In this document: piece after piece, positions 39,337 to 49,523 of the stretch
Numbering within the stretch: position 1 is the stretch's first letter
Layout: every line of letters begins with the position of its first letter
Origin: Alphaproteobacteria bacterium
GTDB lineage: Bacteria; Pseudomonadota; Alphaproteobacteria; SP197
Reading direction: 5' to 3'
DNA length: 64,000 nt
Assembly: GCA_964291415.2 (NCBI GenBank)
Contig: OZ219918.1
Coordinates: 704,001-768,000 of the forward strand
Program-made: the position numbers and the translations under genes
Notes under the pieces: model-generated
The model's input: only the letters and a program-made list of their open reading frames with translations
Told to the model about the DNA's origin: nothing
Database searches by the model: none

Positions 39337-40551
39337 TTACACGGTGGTGATGGTCCGTGGCAGTGAGGAGAGAACCTCGAGGCCGGAGTCGGTGACGAGG
39401 AAGCTGTCGATCCAGGCGGCGCCGGATCCGCCTGGCCAGTCCTCCCAGACGTCGAACTGGTTCTCGAGGTTGAACACCTGGCCTGGCTCCAGGGTGCGGT
39501 CTCCCAGGTTGTTGCGGGGGCTGATCCAGTGGCTGCCGCACCAGTCCGGGGGCACGGCGATGCCGAGAGAGTAGCCGCCGACAAACCAGACCCACTGCCT
39601 CAGTCCGGCGCGGTCGATGTAGTCGTCCGCCACCTCCTGGACCTTCGAGACCGGATCGCCGGGCCGGCATGCTTGCGTGACGGCATCCATGCAGCCGGCG
39701 GATGTTGTCATGAGCCTGGTCCAGCGCTCGTCGGGCTGGCCTAAGGAAAACGTGCGGTTGAGGTTGACGTGGTAGCGGTGGAGGCAGCCGCAGAAATCGA
39801 GAAACACCAGGTCTCCCTGCCTGATGCGGCGGTGCTGCGGGGGACTGTGGTGGGTGCCGGCGCGAGGGCCTGTGCCCACCATGGTGCGGATTCCGGGATA
39901 GCCGCCGCCCGCCTTCATCATGGTCGAGGCGACGACGGCTTCGAGGTGTGTCTCCATCACGCCCTCGGCAATGGCGTCACGGGCCGCCAGCATGGCCTCG
40001 TCGGCGATGGCGGCCGCCCGCTTCATCACGGCAACCTCCGCCGGCGACTTCACGAAGCGCAGTTCCTCGACGAGGAACGAGGCGTCGTCCACCGTCGCTC
40101 CACCGGCCTCGAGGACCGCCTTGAGCGTGTCGCTGGTCCGCCCGTGGGGGGCGTAGGCCCAGGGCTGTATTCCGACCCTTGCCGAAGCGAGGCCGAAGTC
40201 TCCAAGGGCTCCGGCGACCTGGCGGCACTCGCTCTCCACGGATTCGTGATTGAGCCAGCACACGTCGCGAATCTCCGGCGTGGTGGAAATGATCGTCGTG
40301 TGGCCGCGACCGTCGAAGAACAGCGTGTCGTCGCTGCCGGCGCGTACCAGGAGCCCTGTCAGGTTCTCGAGGTGATACCAGATCATGTCATAGCCGGTGA
40401 GCCACGTGAGATCGGCCGGGTTGGTGACGAAGAGAGCCTCGAGACCGGCACGGGTCATCGCCTGCCTCGTGCGTTCCCGGCGCCGGGCATACTCCTCGGC
40501 TGTGAAAGGCTGGTCCCAGTCAATCTGTTGGCGCAGGTAGGTCTGGATCAT
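39337..40551 (-). CDS. M24-family hydrolase, creatinase/ectoine-hydrolase-like
   Basis: FTAEEYARR, WLTGYD, RFVKSPAE, LDFCGCLHRYHVNLNRT, GYSLG. Confidence 0.85.
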   Translation of the reverse strand: MIQTYLRQQIDWDQPFTAEEYARRRERTRQAMTRAGLEALFVTNPADLTWLTGYDMIWYHLENLTGLLVRAGSDDTLFFDGRGHTTIISTTPEIRDVCWLNHESVESECRQVAGALGDFGLASARVGIQPWAYAPHGRTSDTLKAVLEAGGATVDDASFLVEELRFVKSPAEVAVMKRAAAIADEAMLAARDAIAEGVMETHLEAVVASTMMKAGGGYPGIRTMVGTGPRAGTHHSPPQHRRIRQGDLVFLDFCGCLHRYHVNLNRTFSLGQPDERWTRLMTTSAGCMDAVTQACRPGDPVSKVQEVADDYIDRAGLRQWVWFVGGYSLGIAVPPDWCGSHWISPRNNLGDRTLEPGQVFNLENQFDVWEDWPGGSGAAWIDSFLVTDSGLEVLSSLPRTITTV

Positions 40552-40591
40552 GGCGTTCTCCGGGGGCCGGTGGTTGATGACAATCGGCGGG

Positions 40592-41428
40592 TCAGTCGGA
40601 CTGCCAGCCCCACATCTCGCCGCCCTTGAGGTCCCCGAGAGGCACACGGCCGCGATCGGTGGGATAGTAGCCGAGCATGCCGCCGTGCAGACTGTAGCCC
40701 ATGAGGCGCTGCAGGTGTTCCGGCAAGGCGGCGGCGGTGGCGCGGGGGACCGCAAGAACGTGGTTCACCTCCTGGCGCAGCCAGCCGAGGCAGTAGGTGT
40801 TGATGAGGCCGGCACGGGGCCGACGGTCGTGGTTCGCGCCGCCGCCGTGCCATACGGATCCGAGATAGAAGAGGGCCGATCCCTTCGGCATCTCGGCAGA
40901 CACCACGGGGTCGTCGGGCCCGGGAGAGCGCCACGGTGGCCAGCGGTGGCTCTCCGGCACGAGCCGGGTTGCTCCGTTGAGTTCGGTGAAGGTCTCAAGG
41001 GCCCACATGACCGAGACCTGCAACTCGATGCCGGGGATCTGGACGGGATAGATCGTGTCGTCGCGATGGAGAACCTGCGTGGTCTCGCCGGGGTGGATCT
41101 CGATGGCCGTGCAGCTGCCGATGAGATAGGACGTGCAGTGGTCGAGGAGAATGGCGTCGAGTACACGCATCATGCCACGGTGACCGACAATACCGGCGGA
41201 TGCCGGCGAGATGTCGAGGACCGAGTTGACCCGCAGGGTAGTGTAGCCGTTGAAGTCGCTCTCGGTGGATCGTCCCACCTGGTCGAAGGGTTCCCTGAGG
41301 TCGTCCCTTACCTCATCGGCGACAGCATCATCGATGTAGTTCTCGACGATGGCCGCGCCGTCGCGCCGGATCGCTTCGACGATGTCGGAGACCGGTGCGT
41401 CGTCGTCGAACCGTTCGAGCCCGGACAT
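40592..41428 (-). CDS. PhyH-family 2OG-Fe(II) dioxygenase
   Basis: QVLHRDD, NGATRLVPESH, GSVWHGGGAN..R, GWLRQE. Confidence 0.9.
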   Translation of the reverse strand: MSGLERFDDDAPVSDIVEAIRRDGAAIVENYIDDAVADEVRDDLREPFDQVGRSTESDFNGYTTLRVNSVLDISPASAGIVGHRGMMRVLDAILLDHCTSYLIGSCTAIEIHPGETTQVLHRDDTIYPVQIPGIELQVSVMWALETFTELNGATRLVPESHRWPPWRSPGPDDPVVSAEMPKGSALFYLGSVWHGGGANHDRRPRAGLINTYCLGWLRQEVNHVLAVPRATAAALPEHLQRLMGYSLHGGMLGYYPTDRGRVPLGDLKGGEMWGWQSD

Positions 41429-41438
41429 GCGCCTCCCG

Positions 41439-42074
41439 TCACTTCCCTGGCCGGGGATAGACAATGACGGAAAGAAACCTGATCGGCAACCGAATCAGTG
41501 TCTCGGGCCCGTGCGGGGCGTCGGCGTCAAAGAACAGGGAATCGCCGACCTCCATCCGGTAGCTGGTTCCGGCATGGCGGTAGACCATGGCCCCCTCGAC
41601 GACATAGAGGAACTCCTGGCCGTCGTGCTGGAACACGGGAAAGACCTCGGACTCGTGGGTCAGAGTGATCATGTAGGGTTCGACGGCAACCTCCTTGTGG
41701 ACGCTGTGGCCGAGCAGGGCGTACTGGTGACCGGCGCGGGTTCCGCGGCGTTCGATCTTGAGGCCCTCTCCCGCCTTGACGTGACTGGCGTCGCGCTGTT
41801 CCTCGAATCTCTGGAAGAGTGCGGTAAACGGAACGTTGAGAGCACCGACAAGCCGCTGCAGGGTCCCCAGGGATGGCGATGTGTGGCCGTTCTCGATCTT
41901 CGAGAGCATGCCCCGCGACACCCCGGCCTGAGCCGCAAGTTCCGTCACGGTCATGCCGAGTTGCCGCCGGTGGTGGCGGATCTGATTGCCGATGGAGGCC
42001 TCGAGATCGCGGTCCCCCCGGGTGACGGCGTGGGGATCCTGATCAAGGACCGCAGCAGGCTCATTGTCCCGCAT
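41439..42074 (-). CDS. XRE-family HTH + cupin transcriptional regulator
   Basis: LSKIENG.TSPSL HTH; FQHDGQEF and GDSLFFDADAPHGP cupin. Confidence 0.9.
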   Translation of the reverse strand: MRDNEPAAVLDQDPHAVTRGDRDLEASIGNQIRHHRRQLGMTVTELAAQAGVSRGMLSKIENGHTSPSLGTLQRLVGALNVPFTALFQRFEEQRDASHVKAGEGLKIERRGTRAGHQYALLGHSVHKEVAVEPYMITLTHESEVFPVFQHDGQEFLYVVEGAMVYRHAGTSYRMEVGDSLFFDADAPHGPETLIRLPIRFLSVIVYPRPGK

Positions 42075-42085
42075 GGGATCGCATC

Positions 42086-42307
42086 CTACAGTGTGTCGTC
42101 ATCGAGATGCCCGGCCCCCAGGATCACCGCCACCGGCCCCTTGCCGTCATGGCGCACCATGAAGTGGACGGCCATGCCGGGAGCAATGGCGCCCAGTCTG
42201 GCGCGGGTCGTACGATCGACATCGAACACCATGTCGCCACCGCCGTCGACCGGACGCACGAAGCCGTAGGACCGTTCTGGCCTCAACCAGACGATGTGAC
42301 CATTCAT
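42086..42307 (-). CDS. Divergent cold-shock domain protein
   Basis: G.IVW...SYGFV.P.DGGGD...G..V.F...GKGPVA pattern. Confidence 0.65.
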   Translation of the reverse strand: MNGHIVWLRPERSYGFVRPVDGGGDMVFDVDRTTRARLGAIAPGMAVHFMVRHDGKGPVAVILGAGHLDDDTL

Positions 42308-42368
42308 GAACGAGACACATGCGGGGGCGGCGTGTCGGGTGTCAAGAGGCAGGATGTGCGGAAATCGC

Positions 42369-42396
42369 TTGCCCTCGGCGGCATCCTCGCTACACT
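42369..42396 (+). promoter_or_regulatory. Putative sigma70 promoter of the rimP-nusA-infB operon
   Basis: TTGCCC-N16-TACACT about 120 bp upstream of rimP. Confidence 0.45.
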
Positions 42397-42516
42397 CGGC
42401 GCGCTTCGGGGGATGTGGTTCTCAGGAGTGGCCGGGCCGTGGGCCAGGGTGTCCACGCGTATACTCAAACCAAAGGATGGAGCGGCGTCGAGGCGCCCCC
42501 GGCGCGTCCCTGACGT

Positions 42517-43050
42517 GTGGCAGTTGTGGAGGACACGACACTGGAGGACAGGCTCGAAAGTCTGATCGCACCGAGCGTGGCGAGCGTCGGTTTCAGCCTT
42601 GTGCGGGTGAAGATGTTCAACCGCCAGGGCAGGATTCTGCAGGTCATGATCGAGCGCGCCGACGGCGACAGCGCGACGATTGACGACTGCGCCATGGTGA
42701 GCCGCCTTGTGAGTGCCCATCTCGATGCCGAGGATCCGGTTTCGGGAGCTTACGACCTTGAGGTGAGCTCCACCGGAATCGACCGTCCTCTGGTGCGCCG
42801 GGAGGATTTCAGCCGGTTCGCCGGTTTCGAGGCGACGGCGTCCATCGATCCGCCGCTCGACGGCAGAAGGCGATTCCAGGGCCGCCTCGCCGGCATGGCC
42901 GACGACAACGTGCAGATGGAACAGTCTCCCGGCTCGATCGTCTGCCTGCCGTTTGCCCGCATTGTCGAAGCGAAACTTGTCCTCAATGACGAACTGATCA
43001 GGGAAACGGCGCAGCCGGCCGGCGAACCGGCCGTGGCCGAGGCGGGATAG
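42517..43050 (+). CDS. rimP: Ribosome maturation factor RimP
   Basis: LQVMIER, IDDCAMVSR, YDLEVSSTGIDRPL. Confidence 0.95.
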   Translation: MAVVEDTTLEDRLESLIAPSVASVGFSLVRVKMFNRQGRILQVMIERADGDSATIDDCAMVSRLVSAHLDAEDPVSGAYDLEVSSTGIDRPLVRREDFSRFAGFEATASIDPPLDGRRRFQGRLAGMADDNVQMEQSPGSIVCLPFARIVEAKLVLNDELIRETAQPAGEPAVAEAG

Positions 43051-43054
43051 GATC

Positions 43055-44632
43055 ATGGCGGCTGTGACGAACGTGGCGCACAGGGATCTGCTGCAGATCG
43101 CGGCGACCGTGGCGACAGAGAAAGGCATCGAGCGCGAGACCGTGATCGAGGCACTCGAACAGGCGATCCAGAGTGCCGCGATGAAGAAGTACGGTGAACT
43201 CGATATCAGGGTCGAGATCGACCGCACGTCCGGTGCGGTGACGCTGTTGCTCTACCGCGAGGTCGTCGGGGATGACGTCGAGCTGCAGCCGGGTCTGCAC
43301 ATCACTCTCGATGAGGCACGCCGGAAGAATCCCGTCGCCGAGGTCGGGGACTTCATCACCGAGGATCTGCCGCCGGTCGAATTCGGACGCATCTCCGCCC
43401 AGGGCGCCAAGCAGACCATCATGCAGAAGGTTCGCGAGGCCGAGCGCGCCCGCCAGTACAACGAATTCAAGGACCGCGTCGGGGAGATTATCAATGGAGT
43501 CGTCAAGCGCGACGAGCGCGGCAACCAGATCGTCGATCTGGGACGTGCCGAGGCGATGTTGCGGCGCGATGACTGCCTGCCGCGCGAGCCGTTGCGCCGC
43601 GGAGACCGGGTGAGGGCCTATGTCTACGACGTGCGCCAGGAGTCCCGTGGCCCGCAGGTCTTCATCTCGCGCGTGCACCCCGATTTCATGCGCAAGCTCT
43701 TCGAAATGGAGGTCCCGGAGATCTATGACGGGATCATCGAGATCCGCGCGGTCGCCCGCGACGCCGGGAGCCGGGCAAAGATCGCCGTCAGGACCAACGA
43801 CGACTCCATTGATCCCGTTGGCGCCTGCGTCGGCATGCGGGGCAGCCGTGTTCAGGCCGTCGTCAACGAGCTGGGCGGCGAGAAGATCGACATCATTCCC
43901 TGGTCGCCGGACACCGCCACCTTCGTCGTAAACGCCCTGCAGCCGGCGGAGGTCGCCAAGGTTGTCATGGACGAAGCGGAGCGGCGCATGGAAGTCGTGG
44001 TTCCGGATGACCAGTTGTCCCTGGCGATTGGCAGGCGCGGCCAGAATGTGCGCCTCGCCTCGCAACTCGTAGGCTGGGACATCGATATCATGACGGAAAG
44101 CGGCGAATCGGAGCGCCGCACCAATGAAATGCGCGTGCAGTCCGAGCACTTCATGGAAGCGCTCGACGTCGATGACGTGCTTGCCAGACTCCTCGTGACC
44201 GAGGGATTCTCGGAGGTCGAGGAGATTGCCTTCGAGTCCACCGAGGAACTGCTTTCCATCGAGGGACTCGACGAGGGAATCGCCCAGGAACTGCAGAACC
44301 GGGCCATCGCGTTTGTTCAGGAGCGCGATCTTCAGTTCGATGCCAGGCGCCAGGAACTTGGCGTCGAGGACGACGTTGCCGCCGTTGACGGACTGACGCC
44401 GGCCTTCCTTGTCGAGCTGGGCGAGAAGGGAATCAGGACTCTCGACGATCTGGCCGACCTGGCGGCTGACGAGTTGCTGCAGGACTATCTGCCCGGCACG
44501 TACCTGACGCCGGATGACGCCAACGCCATCATCATGGCGGCACGTGCCCACTGGTTCGAGGGTGAGGAAGACGGCCACGCGACCGGGCCGTCCGCGCAAG
44601 GTGACAACGCTGATGCCCGGTCCGAACACTAA
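43055..44632 (+). CDS. nusA: Transcription termination factor NusA
   Basis: [44 protein letters not shown]. Confidence 0.97.
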   Translation: MAAVTNVAHRDLLQIAATVATEKGIERETVIEALEQAIQSAAMKKYGELDIRVEIDRTSGAVTLLLYREVVGDDVELQPGLHITLDEARRKNPVAEVGDFITEDLPPVEFGRISAQGAKQTIMQKVREAERARQYNEFKDRVGEIINGVVKRDERGNQIVDLGRAEAMLRRDDCLPREPLRRGDRVRAYVYDVRQESRGPQVFISRVHPDFMRKLFEMEVPEIYDGIIEIRAVARDAGSRAKIAVRTNDDSIDPVGACVGMRGSRVQAVVNELGGEKIDIIPWSPDTATFVVNALQPAEVAKVVMDEAERRMEVVVPDDQLSLAIGRRGQNVRLASQLVGWDIDIMTESGESERRTNEMRVQSEHFMEALDVDDVLARLLVTEGFSEVEEIAFESTEELLSIEGLDEGIAQELQNRAIAFVQERDLQFDARRQELGVEDDVAAVDGLTPAFLVELGEKGIRTLDDLADLAADELLQDYLPGTYLTPDDANAIIMAARAHWFEGEEDGHATGPSAQGDNADARSEH

Positions 44633-45209
44633 TGTCCAGCGGCGCTGCATAGCGACCGGCAGGTCCGTCGACAAGTCGGAGCTGGTGCGCTTCGTACTGG
44701 CACCGTCAGGGGACATTGTGCCGGATGTGGCGGAACGCCTGCCCGGACGCGGCGTCTGGGTATCCGCCCGGCGCGACGCCATCGACCGCGCGGTTGCCAG
44801 AAAGCAGTTCAGCCGTGGTCTGCGCCGGCCGGTGGCCGCTGGCTCAGATCTCGCCGACTCCGTGGAGAGCCTGCTCGTCCGGCGGATTGTCGAGCTCCTG
44901 GGATTCGCCCGCCGGGCGGGCGAGGCCGTATGTGGATTCGAGAAGTGCCGCGCATTTCTCTCAAGGGAGGGAAGCCTCCTGCTGCACGCCCGTGACGGCT
45001 CGGCCGCCGGCCTCGACAAGCTCGCCGGACGATCGTCCGTCACGGTGTTGCGGGTCCTGGATCGCGTCGAACTCGGCGAAGCGTTTGGCCGGATCGACGC
45101 GGTTCACGTGGCTCTTCATTCCGGTGGCCTGGCCACCAGGATCGCGCGGGAATGTGCCCGCCTCGCGGGATTTCGAGGACTCGCCGAACAAGGCATGGAA
45201 GGAACCTGA
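44613..45209 (+). CDS. YlxR/DUF448 + L7Ae-like RNA-binding protein
   Basis: RRCIATG, LVRFV, LPGRGVWV, LLGFARRAG; lies between nusA and infB. Confidence 0.88.
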   Translation: MPGPNTNVQRRCIATGRSVDKSELVRFVLAPSGDIVPDVAERLPGRGVWVSARRDAIDRAVARKQFSRGLRRPVAAGSDLADSVESLLVRRIVELLGFARRAGEAVCGFEKCRAFLSREGSLLLHARDGSAAGLDKLAGRSSVTVLRVLDRVELGEAFGRIDAVHVALHSGGLATRIARECARLAGFRGLAEQGMEGT

Positions 45210-45212
45210 AGG

Positions 45213-47807
45213 ATGGCAACCACGGACGAAGGCCCACGCAAGCCGACGCTGAGTCTCGGCGGGCGCAGGCAGGTCGAGCGCAAGACGACCGAGGTCAGCG
45301 GCTCCGTACAGCAGAGCTTCAGCCATGGCCGCAAGAAGAATGTCGCCGTCGTGGTCAAGAAGCGGCGCACCCTGCGCGCCGGCCGCCAGGACAGCGCCGA
45401 GTCCCGGAGCGCCACTCCGGCGCCGGAGGCCAGCGAGCCCGTCGCGGAGCAGGAAACCGCGACTCCGGTGAAGGAAGAGGCCAACCGGCGCTCATCCCTG
45501 GTTCTGCGGCATCTCAGTCCCGAAGAGCGCGAGAGCCGTCTGCGTGCCCTTGAACAGGCGCAGAAGGCTGACGAGGAAGCCCGCGTTCTGGCGGGCGAGC
45601 AGGCGCGTCTGAGGGCCGAGGAGGAGGCGAGGCTCAAGGCTGAACGCGAGGAGGCCGAGCGCCGGGCCCGCGAGGAAGCCGAACGGCGCGAACGGGAGGA
45701 AGAGGCCCGTCGGCGGGCTGAAGAACAGGCCAGGCGGCAACTCGACAGACAGCGCGATTCCGCCGAGAAACGCGATGAGGCTCCGGCGACCGAGGCGCCC
45801 TCTCCCGCGGCCGATCCCGAGGATGAGCCCAAGCGGGGCAAGCGCGACCAGAAACGTTCCGCCCTGGCCCCGGGCAAGCGTGCCGCCGGCCGACGCCGGA
45901 GCGGCAAGCTCACCGTTGCCCAGGCCCTGAACGAGGAGGACCGCGAGGAGCGGGCACGCAGCCTCGCTGCGGCAAGACGGGCCCGCGAGAAGCTGCGCCA
46001 GCAGCAGCTCGAGCGTAAGGCGGTCACGGGATCGACGAAGAAGATGGTGCGCGATGTCGTCGTGCCGGAGGTCATTCTCGTGAGCGAACTGGCCAACCGC
46101 ATGGCGGTGCGCGGCAGCGAGATCGTCAAGAAGATGATGGAAATGGGCCAGATGGTGACCATCAACCAGACCATCGACGCCGATACGGCCGAGGTCGTCG
46201 TGGCGGAGTTCGGGCATCGGGCGCGACGCGTCTCGGAGGCCGATATCGAGGTCGGGCTGAAACAGGATGATGATCCCGAGGACATGAAGCAGGCGCGTGC
46301 GCCGGTGGTCACGGTCATGGGCCACGTGGATCACGGCAAGACGTCCCTGCTCGATGCCCTGCGTCGTACTGACGTGGTGTCCGGCGAGGCCGGAGGCATC
46401 ACGCAGCACATCGGTGCCTACCAGGTCCGTCTCGATGGCGGCGAACGGATCACGTTCCTGGACACGCCCGGCCATGCCGCCTTCACGTCCATGCGTGCCC
46501 GCGGCGCCAGTGTCACGGACATCGTGGTGCTGGTGGTGGCGGCCGACGATTCGGTGATGCCCCAGACGAGGGAAGCGATCGACCACGCCAGGGCGGCCGA
46601 GGTGCCGATCATCGTGGCCATCAACAAGTGCGACCTTCCCGGCGCCGAGCCCGACAGGGTGCGTCAGGATCTGCTGCGCAACAGCCTGGTGGTCGAATCG
46701 CTGGGAGGCGACATTCTCGATGTCGAGATCTCGGCTCTCAAGGGTGATGGTCTCGACCGTCTCGAGGAGGCCATCCTGCTGCAGGCCGAGGTTCTCGAAC
46801 TCAAGGCGAATCCGGATCGCGAAGCCGAAGGCGTCGTTGTCGAGGCCAAACTCGACAAGGGCCGTGGTCCCGTTTCCACGGTGCTGGTGCAGCGTGGAAC
46901 GCTGGAAGTCGGAGACACGGTGGTGGTCGGCAATGCCTGGGGCAGGGTCCGCGCCCTGATCGATGACCGGGGCAGCAACGTCAAGACTGCCGGTCCCGCC
47001 CTGCCGGTCGAGATTCTCGGACTATCCGGGGCGCCGCTGGCGGGTGACGAGTTCTTTGTCGTGGAGAACGAACGGCGGGCGAGGGAAGTGGCCGCCTACC
47101 GCGCAGCGCAGGAGCGCCAGAAGAAGATCACCGCCACGGGCCGGGGTTCGTTCGACCAGATTCTCGCCGGCATCAAGGCGGGCAAGGCGACGGAACTTCC
47201 CATCGTCGTCAAGACGGATGTCCAGGGTTCGGCGGAAGCCATCGCCGACAGTCTCCTGGCCTTCGGCACCGAGGAAGTCAAACCCCGCATCCTGTTGTCC
47301 GCCGTCGGTGGTGTGACCGAAAGCGATGTGACGCTGGCGAGCGCCTCCAATGCGGTCATCCTGGGATTCAATGTGCGGGCCAACAGTCTGGCCCGCCGTC
47401 TCGCTGCCCGTGAGGGCGTGGAGATCCTCTATTTCCGGGTGATCTACGAACTTCTCGACCAGGTGAAGGACATGCTGGCGGGTCTGCTCAAGCCGGCAAC
47501 GGAGGAACAGGTCCTCGGGGCTGCCCAGGTTCTGGAGACATTCGATATCTCGGGCGCCGGGACGATTGCCGGTTGCCGCGTGATGGACGGCTACATTCGC
47601 GCCAGTGCACGGGTCAGGTTGCTGCGAGGCGGACGTACCATGTTCGACGGTTCGATCCGGTCGTTGCGTCATCACAAGGACCAGGTCCGCGAGGTCCGTC
47701 AGGGCAGCGAATGCGGCATTCAGCTTGCCGATCACCAGGACATCGAGATCGGTGACGAGATCGAGGCCTATGAACTGAAACAGGTCGCCCGAACGCTGGA
47801 TGCCTGA
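45213..47807 (+). CDS. infB: Translation initiation factor IF-2
   Basis: [35 protein letters not shown]. Confidence 0.97.
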   Translation: MATTDEGPRKPTLSLGGRRQVERKTTEVSGSVQQSFSHGRKKNVAVVVKKRRTLRAGRQDSAESRSATPAPEASEPVAEQETATPVKEEANRRSSLVLRHLSPEERESRLRALEQAQKADEEARVLAGEQARLRAEEEARLKAEREEAERRAREEAERREREEEARRRAEEQARRQLDRQRDSAEKRDEAPATEAPSPAADPEDEPKRGKRDQKRSALAPGKRAAGRRRSGKLTVAQALNEEDREERARSLAAARRAREKLRQQQLERKAVTGSTKKMVRDVVVPEVILVSELANRMAVRGSEIVKKMMEMGQMVTINQTIDADTAEVVVAEFGHRARRVSEADIEVGLKQDDDPEDMKQARAPVVTVMGHVDHGKTSLLDALRRTDVVSGEAGGITQHIGAYQVRLDGGERITFLDTPGHAAFTSMRARGASVTDIVVLVVAADDSVMPQTREAIDHARAAEVPIIVAINKCDLPGAEPDRVRQDLLRNSLVVESLGGDILDVEISALKGDGLDRLEEAILLQAEVLELKANPDREAEGVVVEAKLDKGRGPVSTVLVQRGTLEVGDTVVVGNAWGRVRALIDDRGSNVKTAGPALPVEILGLSGAPLAGDEFFVVENERRAREVAAYRAAQERQKKITATGRGSFDQILAGIKAGKATELPIVVKTDVQGSAEAIADSLLAFGTEEVKPRILLSAVGGVTESDVTLASASNAVILGFNVRANSLARRLAAREGVEILYFRVIYELLDQVKDMLAGLLKPATEEQVLGAAQVLETFDISGAGTIAGCRVMDGYIRASARVRLLRGGRTMFDGSIRSLRHHKDQVREVRQGSECGIQLADHQDIEIGDEIEAYELKQVARTLDA

Positions 47808-48171
47808 TGTGAGGCAGCGCAACAACCAGCGTCGATTGAGGGTGGGCGAGGAGATCCGCCATGTGCTGTCGGACATGTTTGCCCGGGACGAAGTTCACGA
47901 TCCGGCGCTCTTCGGCCGGGCGATCACCGTCTCCGAAGTCCGCATGAGCGTCGATCTCAGGCACGCCGCCTGCTACATCATGCCGCTCGGCGGGGAGAAT
48001 GTCGGCGACGTGCTGGAAGGGTTGGAGCGGGCGACGCCATGGTTGCGTGGCGAGGTCTCGCGCCGGGTGCGTCTGCGGGTGGCGCCTGAGCTTGTCTTCC
48101 ACGCGGATCGCGGATTCGACCATGCCCAGCGCATCCGCGACCTGCTCGAGACGTCAGGCCGCCCCTCGTAA
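47800..48171 (+). CDS. rbfA: Ribosome-binding factor A
   Basis: QRRLRVGEEIRH, VSEVRMSVDLRHA, LRVAPELVF. Confidence 0.95.
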   Translation: MPDVRQRNNQRRLRVGEEIRHVLSDMFARDEVHDPALFGRAITVSEVRMSVDLRHAACYIMPLGGENVGDVLEGLERATPWLRGEVSRRVRLRVAPELVFHADRGFDHAQRIRDLLETSGRPS

Positions 48172-48177
48172 GCCCGC

Positions 48178-49098
48178 ATGAGGCGAGGGAGCCGCATTCA
48201 TGGCTGGCTTGTCTGTGACAAGCCGGCTGGTGTGACATCGAGTCAGCTGGTAGGGCGGGCGCGCCGACTCACCGGTGCTGCCCGCCTCGGGCATGGCGGC
48301 ACGCTCGATCCCCTGGCCACCGGCGTTCTTCCGGTAGCCCTGGGCGAGGCGACGAAAACCATCGCCTGGTGCCAGGACGCTCTCAAGACCTACCGTGTCA
48401 CGGCACGCTGGGGAGTCTCGACGTCCACCGACGATACCGAAGGCGATGTCACCGGAACATCCGAGGTGCGGCCATCGGCGGACAGGATCGGGGCCGTCCT
48501 TGCGTCCTTTACCGGCGATGTCAGCCAGACGCCTCCTGCCTTTTCGGCCGTCAAGGTGGCTGGCCGGCGCGCCTACGCACTCGCACGAAAGGACATCATG
48601 CCTGACCTCAAGCCCCGCCTTGTGAGGATTGAGCGGATCACGCTGCTCGCCATCGAGGATGGAGACCACGCATCGTTCGAGGTGGTGTGCGGCAAGGGGA
48701 CCTACATGCGCGCCCTTGTTCGCGACATGGGGTTGCGTCTTGGCACATTGGGTCATGTTCATGCCCTGCGTCGCACCCGGGTGGGACCGTTTTCGCTGTC
48801 CATGGCGATTTCTGTGGATTCCTGGCTGGAACGTGGTAGGAATGCGCGCGCTTGCGGGGTGATCCATCCCGTGGAGACGGCGCTGGTCGACATCCCGGCG
48901 CTTGTAGTCACGGAATTGCAGGCACGTCAGCTCAGACACGGGCAGGCGGTCCGGATCGGCCAGACCTGCAAGGGTACCGTTCGCCTCCAGGACGACCACG
49001 GGCTTGTCGCGATAGCGAAATCCGATGGTGATCTGGTTCGACCGGTTCGCGTTTTCAACCATGACGGAACACGAGGTCACGATGTCGATCACAGCTGA
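48178..49098 (+). CDS. truB: tRNA pseudouridine(55) synthase
   Basis: [37 protein letters not shown]. Confidence 0.96.
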   Translation: MRRGSRIHGWLVCDKPAGVTSSQLVGRARRLTGAARLGHGGTLDPLATGVLPVALGEATKTIAWCQDALKTYRVTARWGVSTSTDDTEGDVTGTSEVRPSADRIGAVLASFTGDVSQTPPAFSAVKVAGRRAYALARKDIMPDLKPRLVRIERITLLAIEDGDHASFEVVCGKGTYMRALVRDMGLRLGTLGHVHALRRTRVGPFSLSMAISVDSWLERGRNARACGVIHPVETALVDIPALVVTELQARQLRHGQAVRIGQTCKGTVRLQDDHGLVAIAKSDGDLVRPVRVFNHDGTRGHDVDHS

Positions 49099-49351
49099 AC
49101 GCAAGGGCGAATTGATTCGCCAGCATGGCCGCACCGACGGTGATACCGGATCACCCGAGGTGCAGATCGCCATCCTGACGGAACGCATCACCAATCTCAC
49201 CGAACACTTCAAGTTCCACCGCAAGGACAAGCACTCCAGGCGGGGTCTGCTCATGCTGGTCAGCAGGCGCCGGGCTCTGCTGGACTACCTGCGTGGCCGG
49301 GACGAGAGTCGCTATCGTTCGATTGTCGGTAGCCTGGGTCTGCGCCGCTGA
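49082..49351 (+). CDS. rpsO: 30S ribosomal protein S15
   Basis: [23 protein letters not shown]. Confidence 0.97.
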   Translation: MSITAERKGELIRQHGRTDGDTGSPEVQIAILTERITNLTEHFKFHRKDKHSRRGLLMLVSRRRALLDYLRGRDESRYRSIVGSLGLRR

Positions 49352-49384
49352 CACCTGCGGCGAGGCATGGCGGAAGCGCACGTC

Positions 49385-49503
49385 GTCAGGCGGGCCTCCT
49401 CTGGAGGGCGCCTGGCTGGGACTGTCATGGCCGGTTCATCGTTGATACCGGATCATGTCAGGGAATCTTCACATCACAATGGGCGGAGTGCGCTGATTCC
49501 GCC
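49385..49503 (+). promoter_or_regulatory. Structured pnp leader (three hairpins)
   Basis: GTCAGGCG/CGCCTGGC (49385-49416), CATGGCCGGT/ACCGGATCATG (49426-49457), GGCGGAGT/ATTCCGCC (49482-49503). Confidence 0.45.
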
Positions 49504-49523
49504 AATGTCAGGGAACAACACGC

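Noticed and set aside
45560-45760. Repeated GAG/CGC-rich tract
   Set aside because: Normal E/A/R coiled-coil linker of IF-2, not a repeat array
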